From: Phoronis australis
Lineage: Eukaryota > Animalia > Phoronida
Assembly (NCBI GenBank): GCA_002633005.1
Contig: NMRA01000097.1
Coordinates: 956,824 to 1,020,823 of the forward strand
DNA: 64,000 bases
Direction of reading: 5' to 3'
The notes below the pieces were generated by a model that was not told the DNA's origin, searched no databases, and was given only the letters and a program-made list of their open reading frames with translations. Position numbers and translations under genes: made by a program. Each line of letters opens with the position of its first letter. The stretch's first letter is position 1. Positions 25,125-39,384 of this stretch are shown piece by piece.

Positions 25125-27494
25125 GACTATTTAGTATGTCTGCATTATTTCACGTCAAGTGTGTTTTAAATCTTGGGCTTTTCTAACTAAATGTTATTTT
25201 TAGCAGCGAAACCGTGCATCTCAGGGAAAAACTGTTCCTCGTATTCAATACGTGGGATGACGCCATCTCAATAAAGATTCGATTCGAAAACCAGCACGTG
25301 CCCTGTTACGTCAGTACAGTTTGCTCTTACCGTAATCAGTTTTCAGTCGGTAGTGTTGCTTTCTGCGGTTTGACATCAGAACGGCCGGTGGTAGTATTGG
25401 TAAATCCGTGTATGCATTTTCAACATTTCGTCGTTATACATTTTCTAACAATTGCTGAAACTACGACAGCGGTGACCTCGTTTGACGAGTTGGGGAGTCT
25501 TTTACATTACGTGAAATACGGTTTTAATAACTGTACATATTCTTCATACACGCTATCAAGGGATTCGATATAGAAGCCGTTATCCCTACTAAACTATGTC
25601 CTGAGTACCAGTCAATTCCAAGCCAGTCACCGCCACCTACCGAACTGAGAGTGAACTGAAAGATTCCATTGGCGATTTCAGCAAGAAAACACGTCATCAA
25701 ATAATTTTATGTGTTGTTCATCTCGCCAAACGGAAGTTGCTGGATCCTAGTTAGGCGAAGACCGCTAACATTCAAATAAGACCGACTTCTTTATAGAAAC
25801 AATTCATGATCTTTGATCCGGATACAAGATATTCCCAAATCAGTTAATTGGTGTTCCCCAGAAAAGTGTCACGAAGACTTGGCGTTCACATGCCAATGAC
25901 CTGAACTTGTTTACGGCAAAAATAAAACTCTGTGAAAACTGGTACAATTTTTTGTTGATTTCAGTTCCAAGCAATTCAAATCCAACCCACAAGTGGTGAA
26001 AATTCAGATTCTTCAACTAGATTTTTGCCACTTCGTGTTCTGCATATTTGTGCACCGACACTGTTTACACTATTTTGGTGACGTAAGTGGCGCTCTTTTG
26101 TGGCGAAAAGAAGGAGCTACGGTTACTCTCTTTATTTCTTGGGACAATGCAACTTCCACAAGTAACGTTTTGTTTTGCAAAATTTCGGCTAAATTGCGTT
26201 CCACGAGGTTTCTGTCTGTAGCCTCTTGTCTGAAAAATACTTAAGCACAGCCAGGTTATGAATGCAGATGCAACAGCAAGTCGACCTGGCCAAACTGTTG
26301 TCCGAAAGGCATTTCCAAAATTCCAACCAATCCCCGGAATGAACTAATGTTACTCAGTCGTGACGTTAACGAATGAAAAACGAAGTCGTCAATGATACAT
26401 GATTGGGTGCCAATTCTTTATACAGCACAGAATAATCGTGTAATGTCATGTTAGCTCAGATTGATCGACATTTGGTTCTCAGTTACGAATGCCAACAGTG
26501 AAGAGTTTCGAAGGGATGAGAATGCTTTATTCATATCGATTCTTTACATAGTAATCTGCGAAAGAATGAGATGAAACACAAGTGAAGACATTAATGGTGA
26601 CTTCGTGGTGGCAAGAATGCCCGCGGGTGTGTGAGAATTCCAAAGTGGTTACGACTGATGAACGCTGCGCCACGGCGGTTTGACCACAGAGTCACGTCTC
26701 AGATAGATATGCCCGTTCGAGGCTTTAAATTGTCGCTACGTGCTTATGTTCGCGTATAATACCATACACCGATATTGGAGTTGCAATTAACTGTAATTGC
26801 ACACGAGTGGTAGATAAATAGTTAATGATGAATCGCGATGCAGGACTCAGCTGTATCATTATATCTCGACCGCTTTTGCAATGATTGATGTTTGCTGCGA
26901 AATCTATCCTATTTTTACCTTATCGCAATGCATTTTGTACATCTATTTATTTATTCATTTGTTTATTTTTCATTTAGGTGTTCCTATTTTGTTGGACGGA
27001 CCACAATAGAAATGATTAGTCGCGTTTTCATGGCATAAACGAAACCAGTTTTTAGTTAATTTCATTTTTATACCACTATTTCTTACGCGGCCGCGCAATA
27101 ACGTGACCGTAAATTAATCATCATCACGTGACCAACTTCGAATGATTTTACACGGGCGGAATTCCCAAGTTTCAACCTGGTCAAACCATAATTTAAATTG
27201 AATACATTGAATACTAGCATTTGGTATACGCTCCAAAGGAAGTTGACAAACGTAATACATGGTTTTGTAGAGATTACAAATACTTCCGCAATAAGATAAC
27301 ATTGTTTATCGTCCCTTCATCAAACTCGAACTGGCCTGTTCATGACAGCTACAAACTCGGTGAACAATGAACACAAGAGTTGTAAACTGTAATTTTAAAT
27401 ACAGTAACGTTCTGTTTTCGCTATTTCATGGTGCAACAAGTAATAGCAGTCCTATGCGATGAAATTCAATCAGAAAATTTAAATTATAGGACAA

Positions 27495-27656
27495 CAAGGG
27501 CGGATCCAGGATTTCGAGTTAGGGGGAGGGCAGGGCAGAGTATTCATAGACAGGATTTTGCCCGTCGGACATTCGCACCACCGAACTGCCAAATGTAATC
27601 TATGAGCATTTTAGGGGGGACATGGCCCCCTTGGCCCCCCTCTAAGTCCGCCACTG
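27495..27656 (-). mobile_element. MITE family A copy 4, 5-bp TSD gacaa
   Basis: caagggcggatccagg..aagtccgccactg; gacaa at 27490-27494 and 27657-27661. Confidence 0.9.
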
Positions 27657-27794
27657 GACAAAACAACAGGGTTTGTCTGCTTCTACTGGGGATCAAATCC
27701 GAAACAGAAAATGCATCGAAGCAGGTGAAACAGTCCAGTAGCCAGAACAGGTACCTACTGTCTGGTACTATAAGGTTCTTTGTGTGTCTAGGTA

Positions 27795-28190
27795 GCACCC
27801 CTGAAGCATCTTACCTGAGTTGTAATCATGACAACCTTGAACATTTCAAATATGCAAATTAAGGGCGCCATTATGCAAAATTCTCTTTTTGCTTATAACT
27901 TCCATTCCAAGCGTTGCACGTGGATTATTTTAATGCTTTCACCCATGTTCCGACGATCAATGAATCTAATGGAGCTACATTGGAGGTGGATGCATAAATT
28001 ATGCAAATTAAGGCAACCAAGATTGAATATTCCACTTGTGCTTATTGATGTTGATATAAGGTCCCACAGGTTAGTTATGTTGATATTTAGCTTTTTTAAT
28101 TCTTAGAGAAATCAGTTTGCAGGTTGTTGCATGATAAAGTATGCAATTAATGACCACCATTACTTAAAATTTGTTACTTAAAATTTTGTT
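27795..28190 (+). mobile_element. Octamer-rich repeat family C, partial copy
   Basis: cccctgaagcat..tatgcaaattaag..ttatgcaaaattct..gcttataacttcc aligns with 62220-62322 and with the reverse complement of 37330-37440. Confidence 0.7.
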
Positions 28191-28511
28191 CTGGTTATTA
28201 TTATTTACTTCCGGGCGCTACGGGTAGGTTATTTTGATAGTTGCACACAGGTTTTTGTAGTCAGTAAGTTTAACGAAATCAACATGCAGGTCATTACACC
28301 ATATACAGTCCCGTAGCCAGCATTGCGCAGGGGGTGGTTCGAATTTCTTGAATGGTGAACCTTTGATACTTTGCAAACGTCGACACTGTGGAGTTTTCAT
28401 TAAGGCCCTCAGTTGACGCAGCTTAATCAGGGGGAAGGGAAAATTGTATACGCAAATATGACTCTCAGCTCTATGTTTTTGAGATGAGACGGAATTAGTA
28501 ATACCAGAGAT

Positions 28512-29157
28512 GAGGATGCCGTGACGGCTCGCCGGTTCCCCGCGTGCCGTTAGGTGGTAGCCAGCACGCAGGTAGCAGGCAGTAGCACGCGCTTTATCAC
28601 TGGTTGATGTAACCTCGACAGTCGTTGGTTAGCTTTACAACAAAGAGAGAAAATGGCGGACTGTGGACGAATTTTAGCCTTGTCCATGCAAGTGGCGTAG
28701 CAGAAACTATTTTGTTTCTGCAGTAGGCCTAATGTTTAATAACCGCGTGCTCAGAAGCACATATATACATGTACAATAAACACGCCGTCATCTGGTCGAT
28801 TTAACTAGTGTGTTATTCATACTGTATAAATACAGGACAGTAGGCCTAACTTAAACAAAAGCCAGCGACATTAGGAAGATGCAATCCGAAAGGCGCAACC
28901 ACAATTTTCTGGAATTCACATTTCTTGAACATGAATTTTAAGCACCTGATTTGTCTGTACAACAGACCACATTTACACTTCCTCCATCAGTCATGTCAGT
29001 TTGTTTGGATAAAGTGCTGCTTGTTGAGAAATCGACCAGCCAATCAGAAACGCCGGTGTAAAAAAAATTCCCGAGGAAAAATAAGTGATCATACCAGGCT
29101 TGCTGGCTACCACCCAGCGTCACACACAGGGAACCAGCGAGGCCGTGACGGTTGCTC
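28512..29157. mobile_element. Non-autonomous element with ~55-bp GC-rich TIRs (GAG..CTC); superfamily unclear
   Basis: gaggatgccgtgacggctcgccggttcccc..ggtggtagccagca versus tgctggctaccaccc..gggaaccagcgaggccgtgacggttgctc. No TSD recognised. Confidence 0.7.
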
Positions 29158-29892
29158 GCAAAAAATGGGACTCATTTTGGATGTAATGTGGTCCAAACCG
29201 TTCTCCTCGTTACTTCTCTCCAAATTTTCAAATCAGGCGTGCTTAAATAGGTGATTACACCTTCTCGGTTCAGAAATATTTAGTCGGAGATTAACTTAAT
29301 GAAACTTTTTATCTAGTTATATTTTTACGTGTTAACGTTATTGCATTTTAAATAAGTGGGAATATTGATGAATTATCAACCACGATACATTCATCAAATC
29401 CATGTCAAGGTCGCATCATTTGCCAGCGCGACTGAAAAGTTTAGGGCCGCTGCGCCTGAACCCCACCCACCGGAACCACGCACAGGCGGGTCAAAATCAA
29501 ATGTAGTTAGCAGGCTACCCATTCCCGGCCAGTCTTCACATAGTCAGTGAGCCCCATTCAGTCTTCTTATATTTAAAACCGTTGGTCGCCGCAGCTCGTA
29601 CCTGTGCCCCAGATGTTGCCCCTAATTGAGAATGAGTCGTTAATTAGATTCAAGTATCACGATTGGCAGTGATTGGAACCGATCTCAACAATGAAATCAA
29701 TGTATTAAGAACTAGTCAACTTTTTGCAAACCCTTTTAAATGGTTACTAAATGGACACAAATACAATAATTTATTCATGTTTGTTACGACTCATTACCAA
29801 ACAATCAGAGTAATGAACTGTTTGGCTCAGTGGTTTGAGGCCTGGACTACTGTTTGAGAGAGACCAGAGTAAAAAAAAACTGTCGGAGTTCT

Positions 29893-29998
29893 GGTTCTGA
29901 AATTGTGGACGTTTGAAATAGTGAACTCTCGAAGGTGGAAAACCTTCGAAGTAGTGGACCTTCGGAGTAGCGCACCTTCGGAATTGTGGCATCTAACC
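29893..29998. repeat. ~15-bp tandem repeat (ccttcgaagtagtgga-like, about 6 units)
   Basis: accttcgaagtagtgg / accttcggagtagcgc / accttcggaattgtgg plus more degenerate upstream units. Confidence 0.7.
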
Positions 29999-32696
29999 AT
30001 CGCAGTGTCAGATCTACATTTCAGTAAGGGGTGGGGGGTAGGATTCGCCCGAATCCAAGGCGCGTAGCGCCGAGCGTAGGGAAGGTCGGGAGGGGGTTCC
30101 CCCTCTTGTGTAAAATTTTGCTTGGTTTTTAGTAGCTCATTTTGTTTTCCTGGTGACATTTTTTAAAATTTTTATTTTTGATCCTGTCCCGAGGGGAGCG
30201 TTTGAACGCCCTGAACACTCCTCCGCAGACCCGCCTCTGCTTGGAAATCTTTTCCATCAGGTTGCTCGCATGAAGTGTGTGAGGCTGTGCATCATTGACA
30301 CTAGTGACAAGAGAAGTCTATCTCCATTGGTCGACCAGAGTTTTTATTGGGTTTAGACCTATTTTCCCCCACACACATTTGCGGAAACGCACATACGTGT
30401 ACACGAATGCATGTCAATCCACCAATCCACTCTCGAATTGGACACTATATGACGAAAAACATACCTGAATTTTTCGAACATTTTCAATTCCAGATTTGGA
30501 AACGCCTGACCTTTACCGTACTGTGCCAGCAAGCAATATCAGATAACAAACCTATTTTTGTTTCATGGTCGATTTTAAGGATTCACACCGCAATGTGACT
30601 TTTTGGGAGCTATCTCGCTGCTATATAGCTTAGCTAGGTATAGGCATTTACTTCTAGACTCCCTTGTTTCCCTACGGTGTAACCACCACGCGCGTTCAAT
30701 GCCGATGAGTAACATAAAGCCTCCTCTAATCGTTTGCACGATCCTGTCATCTACGCAAGTACATGTACCACTCGGGCGAAGTGGGCCGGGTACCGCACGG
30801 CTCGATGATAACGTGAAGCGCTTTGAATCAGAAGCAAATGCAAAATTATTACTAACTTAGTTATCATTGTAGTTGGTAGTACCAGTAGCTTGTTGTTGTC
30901 CATCTGTATCATATATTTAACGTATAGGCTGGGGCTTGGCTGGACCTTTTCCGCGGGGTGGGGTTTGTTCGAACCCCTCGAACCCCCCTGGCTACGGGCC
31001 TGCATATATTTGCATAATTTATGAAAATTGAGATCACCAATAGTAGGTTGGTGCGCCATCTTGTTTATAGGACTCTGCATGAATTGATGAAGTTCGAGAA
31101 ATTTCTACGCGACTGCATCATCTGAAACAAGATCTGAAATTTTCAGAAGTGCGCTGATAGTATAGACCTAATTCACCCGAAGGACATTAAAATCCAAAGC
31201 GAGGTTCACTGAGATAAACAACGCGGAAGTTGACATTGCCAGAGTTAAATGGCCTGTTTTTCGAGTCCAACCTTGATACTAAATCTTAAAGATGTGTCGA
31301 TAATTAACCAAAGAGACGTACAAAATACATTAGAGAACATGTCAATGAACCAAAGAGTTGTCTGACGAAAGGGAAAACTAGGTTCAAAACAGAAGTAAAT
31401 ATGACCAAATTACGGCGATAGTAGTGTTACAGATTAGGTATTATGCTCAATGCAGGGTTACGTTTCTTCTTGTAAACTGTTGATAAAAATGCTTTCTACA
31501 CGAACCAGGTCATCTGCTGGTATTGTTGACGAGTTGAAGATATATTATCCAGTGGTGGCTCATCGCATTTTGCTGTCATGTGCAATTAGTCTCATCTGGT
31601 TTAATTTGTTGATCAAGAATATCAATAACATATCAAGCATAGCCTAGGTCCTGGTGAGGTAGGGACTACCGAGACTAACAGTTAATTTGTAACTGATCTG
31701 ACAGAATAATTGATGTAGTTAAAAAAAATTTTATTACAATAAAAAACCAGGCTCGTAATTGAAAATAAAAATTTTTTGACCAACAATTTTGCTTTCGTGG
31801 TTTTATTAATTCTTACGTCTATTCCATGTGTTAGGTTTCAAATATCAATCTGAACCAAGTGGAATTTTTAAATTAAAACACCTAATTCGTTCGTCCAAAG
31901 CATGACCTCGTATAGAGATCAGTTTTAGTTAACTGGACAGAGCAAACATAGTTATTATGTTTCTTCAGGGGCCTCGTTCATCCGAGGGGAAATTTGTCCC
32001 TTCTGAGAGGTGAATTTTTCGCCGAGTAAGGGGAAAATCTCCCTTTCGATCACCATTAATAGCACCCCCGCCCTGTTGCAAGCTCTCATAGGCTCTGTCT
32101 CAAGTAGCATTTTGTGCTCTTTCAAATTGTAACCTGTGTGGTTACAGGTGATTTGAACTTCGGAGAAAAAGTTTCAATCACAAGAGGAATTTTAGGCATC
32201 GTGGGGGAATATATCGCGCTGTTTTTCAATGTTTTTGAGAGGGGAATGGGGCCGATACTCCTCCCCAAAATTGAGGGATTGAGGACTTCGTCCTTTTTTG
32301 GAAAGAAAAATGCATCATGTTTCAACCCGTAGTCATGAAAACACAGCCTGGCTGGCCGAAGATTCTCCGGTCGTTGCTATGATGCTCGGCAACCGAGATG
32401 CTACAAAATATGATCTTACTTGAACATTTATAAATTTTACGCGGACATATTTTTCTTCGTCGCGGCGTATGGCAACGACACAACGCTTCAGAATCTCAAC
32501 GTCCTTAGGGATTGTATTGTTTCTAGCCGTTCGAGCAATGCGGAATACAACTATGCCGATAAGCCAGCATAGCAATCGTAGCGAGCTTCGTTTTGGAACG
32601 CGCCTCTTGTCGGCGTGAATTAGGTCTATGGAGAATCGCCTTACTTTTAGTGACGTCGCTAAGACCATGCACCCGGATGTTCGTATGCTTAGCTTT

Positions 32697-33169
32697 GGAG
32701 GCACTGACCAGTTCTCACAGGGGTTTGCCTATCAGAACACATGTCAATGGACTCTTCACCCTTTCTTCACTCTGTGAAAAACTGCATGCAAATAAAGAAA
32801 AGTTTTGAGTCATTTCACATCACAAGCCCTACAGATGAGCACAGAAACTTTGTTCTCTCTTGTATTTTTGACCCTTTCACTACCAGTAGAAGCTAGACTA
32901 AGAAAAATAAGGCCAAAAAAGGCAAAATCGGCACTTTTCACCCCAAAACCACCACTTCCCTGCCGATGCTCGACTAAAGCCAACATTAGATTCCGAAAGC
33001 CAATTTCCTACCAATTCCAAACATGCGGTCCAAAAGTACTGTCAACTAACTAGTTTCTTTGCAAATCTGGCTTGTTTGAGGGCTACCTGAAATCGCGGCC
33101 AATTTCTCAGTTGCTACACAGCTATGCACAATTACAACAGGGNCCGCAATCTAACTGTTCAGGGCCACC
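32697..33169. mobile_element. PIF/Harbinger-like MITE (GG..CC, 3-bp TSD ttt) inserted in a ~75-bp tandem duplication
   Basis: TIR ggaggcactgaccagtt versus aactgttcagggccacc. The neighbouring uninterrupted unit (33186-33270) reads gcttagctttacctt and defines the empty site. Confidence 0.75.
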
Positions 33170-33643
33170 TTTACCTTCGCCCCTGATTCGCCTTACTTTT
33201 AATGATGTCACTAAGACCATGCCCCCGGATGTTCGTATGCTTAGCTTTACCTTGGCCCCTGATTTGCCGTACAATTACAGCATCAAGCTGAACAAACTTT
33301 AAAAATTTCTTTGAAAAATTCCCAAAGATAACAAATGAAGCACAGTCTGACATATTCAAATAACAACATCTTCACTTTTTATAAGTTTAGCGAACATTTT
33401 TCGCGGAAAATTTCTCCTCTGAAATTACGATACTCGTCATAAGGAGCAACAGGTGTACCCGTTCGTTCATTCTGGTCAGCGTACATATTGTCAGTTACAT
33501 TGCTCAATGTGTCTTCGCCATACATGACACTCCGTCTCATAAAACGGTCGTAACTAGGGCTAGAACTTTAGTCACACAAGCATATTTTTGTTTCCAGTGT
33601 TTTCCATGGGTTTAAAATAAACAATTCGAACACTGGTAAAAAT

Positions 33644-35588
33644 TAGTCGGTGGGCCAGAATTTGTAGGGCCTCTAGAAAATGTTTTTTGTGAGTACTTTA
33701 GGGGGAGCAATTTTATTTTGATGTTTTTTAATTCATTTATTAGAGTGTTTTCAAAATCTAAAAAGTTCCCACATATAAAGTTGTACATTTTTGAGAAATT
33801 TGAGTTTGAAGTTACCTAATAATCACCAAAGAGCTTAGTAAACTTATATTTGTAAAAACAACAGTTTTGGTGACTTTTTTGTAAAACAAGTAATACGGCC
33901 CCATCAGTACCATTGTATTGAACAATATTACACTCACATTACATATTTTAATATTGTAGATTAATTGTAAACAGTGAAATTTAAAAAATGTAAAGAGACA
34001 CCTAGTGGCAAAAATGCAAACTGAGTCTGAATGTTACTAGGAAGTTATTCTGGCATTGTCTGGCAACAAAAATAACACAAAACACTTGAGACTGGGCAAA
34101 ATTTGTGCCTCAATGACTAAAACATTGACTAATGGTGTAAACAGTGAAGTGATTGAAAATTTTTTTTTTAATCAGATGTTCAAACCATAGTCAATCGATT
34201 TACACTTAAGGTAATCGACGTTTGACGAAATGGACAGTGGCTTCCATCGTCCTCAAATTACGACGGCGACGATGGCCACTGAGGCACTTTAATTATCATT
34301 GCAGCTACCTAAGTAATTAATGTTTACAAAAAATTGAAAAGAGGTTCCCTTTATCCCAGGACTACGGTAGGGGATGACGGTCACTTGGGCATGTTGTTTG
34401 CAACCATCTACTACATTTAACCTTCTCAAAAATTTTTGACTTAAAGTGCTTTAAAATCACACCCACAGTATAACGCCATATGATTATCCCTTAGCGCAAG
34501 CAGTGTCGATGTGGCAACTGAATGGAGTGTTCGAAAAACAGGATTGCAGGAGTATTTTTTAAACTGGGAACAAATGAAAACATTAACGACCACATCAGAG
34601 GCATCTCTCTACGCGGTACTTCTAAACTTAAAGGAACATAATTTGCCAAAAAGCATCTGGCATATGGAGTACCTATGGTATGACCACCGTCTCTACTGAG
34701 TCAGCGGTATTGTCTAAGGCCTAGGCAGTCAAGGAGCTGGACAAGTTAAAAAAACAACTGGTGATAATACTGAAACACACATGGAAAACACCAAGATGTA
34801 CCTTTCAAAACGCGTACCTGTTTTAGAAAGCTATTAAATACTTCTTTCTCTTTCTTGAAATATGGTCCATAATATACTTTTCCTGCTCACAAATGATGCA
34901 CTCATGTTTCAGAATGTTCCTATCTTGTTCAGGTTAATTGGGTGTTTCAGATTTGGGAAGTATAATTGATTTTCTTGGGAAATCTTGGATAACATCTGTA
35001 TCACTTTCAGCAACTTCAGCTTTAGTACTACTGCTGGTGTCTTGAAACGTTGCTATGTCCTTTCAATTTTTTGGTCTGACACTTGGTCTTCTAGTCTACA
35101 GCACTCAGCAGTATACTGTGTAGGCTATACCAGGACATGTAGCTGTTTCTGCACAAACGTTTCTGACACCTCTTCTTCTTTTTGATCTACTGATCTACAG
35201 AGTTTCACAGTCCATTAGCTTTCGTCAGAAAGCTTTCCTAAGCTTCTTTAGGCTCTGGCATCACAATTTTGTGCTATTTGATAAACCTTGAATTATACAG
35301 GCATCACACTCCATGGGAGCAGCCATATTGAAGTAACTAAGCACAACAATACAATCTGGCTCTCTGATTGGTCAATTCAATAGAAAAGCGCCACCAAGTG
35401 GCAGGAATGTGCATCATATTTTGTGCAACAAAAACAACTTTTTTTTAAAAAATGTGCAAGTGTAGACGTGGGAACTTTTTGGAATTTGATTTATAGGTAT
35501 ATTATCTAGCTACATAGAAAAAACTAGGTTGCCCCCCCCCCCAAAGTACTCACAAGGATGAACGCTATGAGATCTGGCCCACCGACTA
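33644..35588. mobile_element. Non-autonomous Academ-type element (TAG..CTA, 3-bp TSD aat), nested in a family C copy
   Basis: Perfect 16-bp TIR tagtcggtgggccaga, extending imperfectly for about 170 bp (ttgtgagtacttt, aaaaagttcccac). aat on both sides. Left flank 33535-33640 matches 62420-62560. Confidence 0.85.
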
Positions 35589-37064
35589 AATTCCTGTCAT
35601 GTTGTATTTCACCAGGAGTCAAATCAGTGGGCGGCCATGTGAAACGTGTAGCACGTGTCCATGTTATTGGATGTTTTTAACTTTTGCATATTATAACAGT
35701 CATTTGCGCGGTATAAATAATGCAGTTTAAAAGTAAAAAGGGGAAATAAGCAGGGTACTTTCACACATGGCTAATTGCAGTTTAACATTTCCAGAACTTT
35801 ATTTTCCTTTGGTCCTTCGCATTCCATTTGATGTACATGCGCTGTGGCACATTATTTTAATGACGTCACGTTTTCAAACAGGAATCAAGAATAGCTTGCA
35901 ATTTTATATGTACGTCTTTACTATATGCTGTACAGCTGTTCTGAGTAAAAACGTATCATGTTACCATTTTACTCAAGATAACCTTTTATAGACCGTATTA
36001 TGTAACAAACAGTAAAGAAAACAAAAATACAAGAAAATTTAAAGAACTATAAAACAGGCAAAAATTGGCAAAAATTAACTGAACATAGAGAATCCCAGTA
36101 TTTAGTAGAAGCTTACTTTAGAACTTTTCATGGTGTATTGTTTTTGACTGATGCTGTTAGAATGGAAAAGTTAAAAAACATTGTGTAGAAATTTATATTA
36201 GATATTATATTAAACTATAATGTATTACAGTGTACAGCGCTATAATATTGCTATAAGAAAGTAAGAGATCTTGAAATCTAAAGTTTTAAATCAAGTGTTG
36301 AAGTTCTCGCTTTCGTTAACGAATTTTGCAGGCATGACCAACGAAAGTACGGAACTGACCACCTCCCAAAGAAATTGACTTTCTTGAAAATCATAATAAC
36401 TGGTACCCGGAATTGAAATTTGGTCATCGCGTATGGAACATTTTTGGTGCCCGTCTGGAGTTTAGGGTGCAAATATGGGGATTTGTACCACAGGTTTGGG
36501 ATCTGCTCATCCCGGAATGGAGCTTAGGGTATCATGACTGCAATGTAGAGGAGCGATCATGGAATTATTCCCACCCCTTGATAGCATGCTATTAAGTCAT
36601 CCACTGAACACTATCCTTCGTGGAAAAAAAGCATCGCCAGTAGATAAACAAACACCAAAGCGCAGCGAAATGTGGAACTATAATCAAACGCAAAGTCGTA
36701 ATGCAATGTTGGTCGAAGTAAACGTCCTCAACAGGTGTCGCACAACCGGATGTACAACAATAACAAAATAATTAATAACTGGCGCACGAATTAATGACGC
36801 GTGGAAACTGTAATTAATTGCAATTGCTTGAATCACGTGCATGCTATGTAATTAATTGTATATATTTAAACCACACTTTATAAAGGTAGTTAAAAATAGA
36901 TAATGCCTACGTATGTGTGTATAAATAATTAAAATTAATTATTAATGATCACCTAACTAAATTCATTGATCACGAAAACATAGATGCAAATATCAAAATG
37001 ATTTACATGTAGTGTCACGTGAGGCAATCACGAGCAGAAACAGAATTTTATATAATGAAGGTCG

Positions 37065-37445
37065 TTATTTTCATAAATAACGCTAATTTTTCATGCAGCA
37101 ACCTGCAAACTGACTATTAAATTAATTATCCATAGAAACGTGTGAAAGTAACAATGTCATTTCCTTGTAGTGTTTGGCACAGAAGAAGATTTTAAATAAT
37201 AACGACCGTACTTTGCATAAATTATGCAAACTCACTATTTATTTACCTGCGAATTAGCTTCATAAATTTTACTGATCTTGGAAACACAGGTAAAATATCA
37301 AAATAATGTAATTACGGTGCTTGACAAGGAAATTATAAGCTAAAACAGATCTTTGCATAATGGCAGCCTTAATTTGCATATATAAAAATCCTCAAGGTTG
37401 TCAAGGTTACAACCCTGCTAAAGCGCTTCAAGGGGCTACATCAAG
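37065..37445 (-). mobile_element. Octamer-rich repeat family C, inverted partial copy
   Basis: ctttgcataatggcagccttaatttgcata..tcaaggttgtca..gcttcaagggg is the reverse complement of the 27795 block; tcatgcagcaacctgcaaactga matches the reverse complement of about 28112-28135. Confidence 0.7.
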
Positions 37446-38490
37446 AAAGAATTTCTAGGTCCCCGATGACCACCCTATGGGTAGCAACTCAACTAAACTT
37501 AGCAGCTCGGGGAGCGACATTAGGAATAGAATTCGCTACTGAGTGATATGGGGATGAAATGAAAATTTGTGACAGTGAATCAGAAAATACCCATCAATTG
37601 ACTAAGGCTACAGATGGAGATATTTGCAGCACAAAGTCGCCTTGTCATCTGAAACTGAAGAAAAATTTGAAGTTTGTGCGGGCGGAACTCGAACCCGAAA
37701 TTTCTTGTGACACTAAAATCTAACTGAAATCATGGAAACAAGTACAACGTAATGTCGATTACCGTCTACCTAACTGTTTGCCATTCATAAGTCAATATTA
37801 TCGTGTATTATCGTGCTTGGCTGATATCCGTCACGTTATCTCCACATTTAACTACCGGTACGTGCCGTATGTTCAGGCGAAAAAGTATGACATTACTTTG
37901 TAGTTCTGGGCACCAAAAGCAATGCAAAGGCATTATTTCTGCCTTCCATTTTTGTGAGCTGTCCTGTTGCTGAACCGTGCTCGAGCGGAATCACGAAATG
38001 TCATTGATTTCCACGACACGAGTTAGGCAGTTCTATTGAGTCGACTCGTGGGCCACCTGGTGGCTGTTTGTTCATCTGCCACAACCTTCGGAAAAAAACG
38101 TGCAGGTTGAGCGAGCGGGACTCGAACCAGGGTCTCCGGCGGGTCTTTGTATGCTTCTTAACTCGTTCGGTGTCGCTGTATTCCGCATTGACTTTAAGGG
38201 GGGAAATAGAGTCGGCGAAATGTCCGTAGATCTGTATTAGGTTTAACTAGACGTGTTGCATGGATGCCACGTGCAAATAGCCGTGTGGCACCCCGTTTTC
38301 TTGAAAATACTTACTCTGCGTAACAACCTCGGCTAATAGCGCAACCAACACTTATAGTTTAACATACAACTATTAGTATCTCGTCCTTCCAGATATCTTA
38401 TCTAACTTTTAACCGATGAATGAAACGCACGTTTCTCCACAATTTTGAATAACTACCAAACAAATCTTTTGGTCAATGAACATAAGTCCG

Positions 38491-38580
38491 AAAAAGCTTC
38501 TTCACCCGACCGGCCAGTAACTCGAACCCAAGACCTTCTGCTAACCAGGCAGACAGACTCACGTTCATTAGGTCACGCGA
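38491..38580 (-). mobile_element. Degenerate tRNA-derived SINE head or tRNA pseudogene
   Basis: Minus strand: gtgacctaatga (A-box-like), gggttcgagtt (B-box), then a T5 run. No intact cloverleaf. Confidence 0.45.
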
Positions 38581-39384
38581 TGTGGAAAACAGGTGGCGCG
38601 CAGACCAGACTTCAAATGTTTATGGTCCTGAAGGTTTTTTTTTTATTTTCATGTTATGTGTTACATTAAAATCAGCGTTATCTTTAAATGATTAAACTCT
38701 CCTCTGTCACGGAAGTAGAAAAATGCACGGCATGACTGACCTACTTTTCAAAATGGCAGGCACCCCTGAGTTCATTAATAAAAAAGGAACTTCAATACAT
38801 CCAGCATTGATATTGTCTCTTATTGTAAATATCTTGGTGTCAGCATTGAAACACAAAATGCAATGATAAAGTTTGCCTTTATTAGAATGACGAATTACAT
38901 AATTCAGATACGAAATAGTGACAGATAAATTTGTAGTAAAAGAAGGGGGTGTGTGACACGTGTGTTGCATGGGTGATGAGCTGCTTCAGGACTGGTCTAC
39001 TATAGGTTTATTGTTCATGTAGCTCAGTGACGTCATTGTAATAATGCTTTGTCAACACGCATGGGGAATCTGGAGCTGTGCAACGAGAAACGTAGCATAA
39101 ATTATAACGTGCGGATCGAGCGGTACCTAGTGTAGGTAACGTTTCGTTTACAGCTGTAACGACGTTCTTTTATTCCACGACCAGTGATACTCCTGCCAAC
39201 TGTGTAACTTAAACACAGTACAACGGCTTTGATCGTTATGAAATGATGTAGTAACCGACCGGACAATGTCACTTTTCATTAAAGTGGCCCAGACTGCAGA
39301 TGTCGCTGTTTGTACAGATCGCAAAAGCAATAAGCCCCTGACTTTGTAAACTAAGTGAGCAGGCGATCGGGTAGCAAATGCAAG

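Noticed and set aside
26220-26345. Possible Harbinger transposase C-terminal remnant on the minus strand (GILEMPF..CCICIHNLA)
   Set aside because: Match too short and degenerate, with no DDE core or termini recognised.
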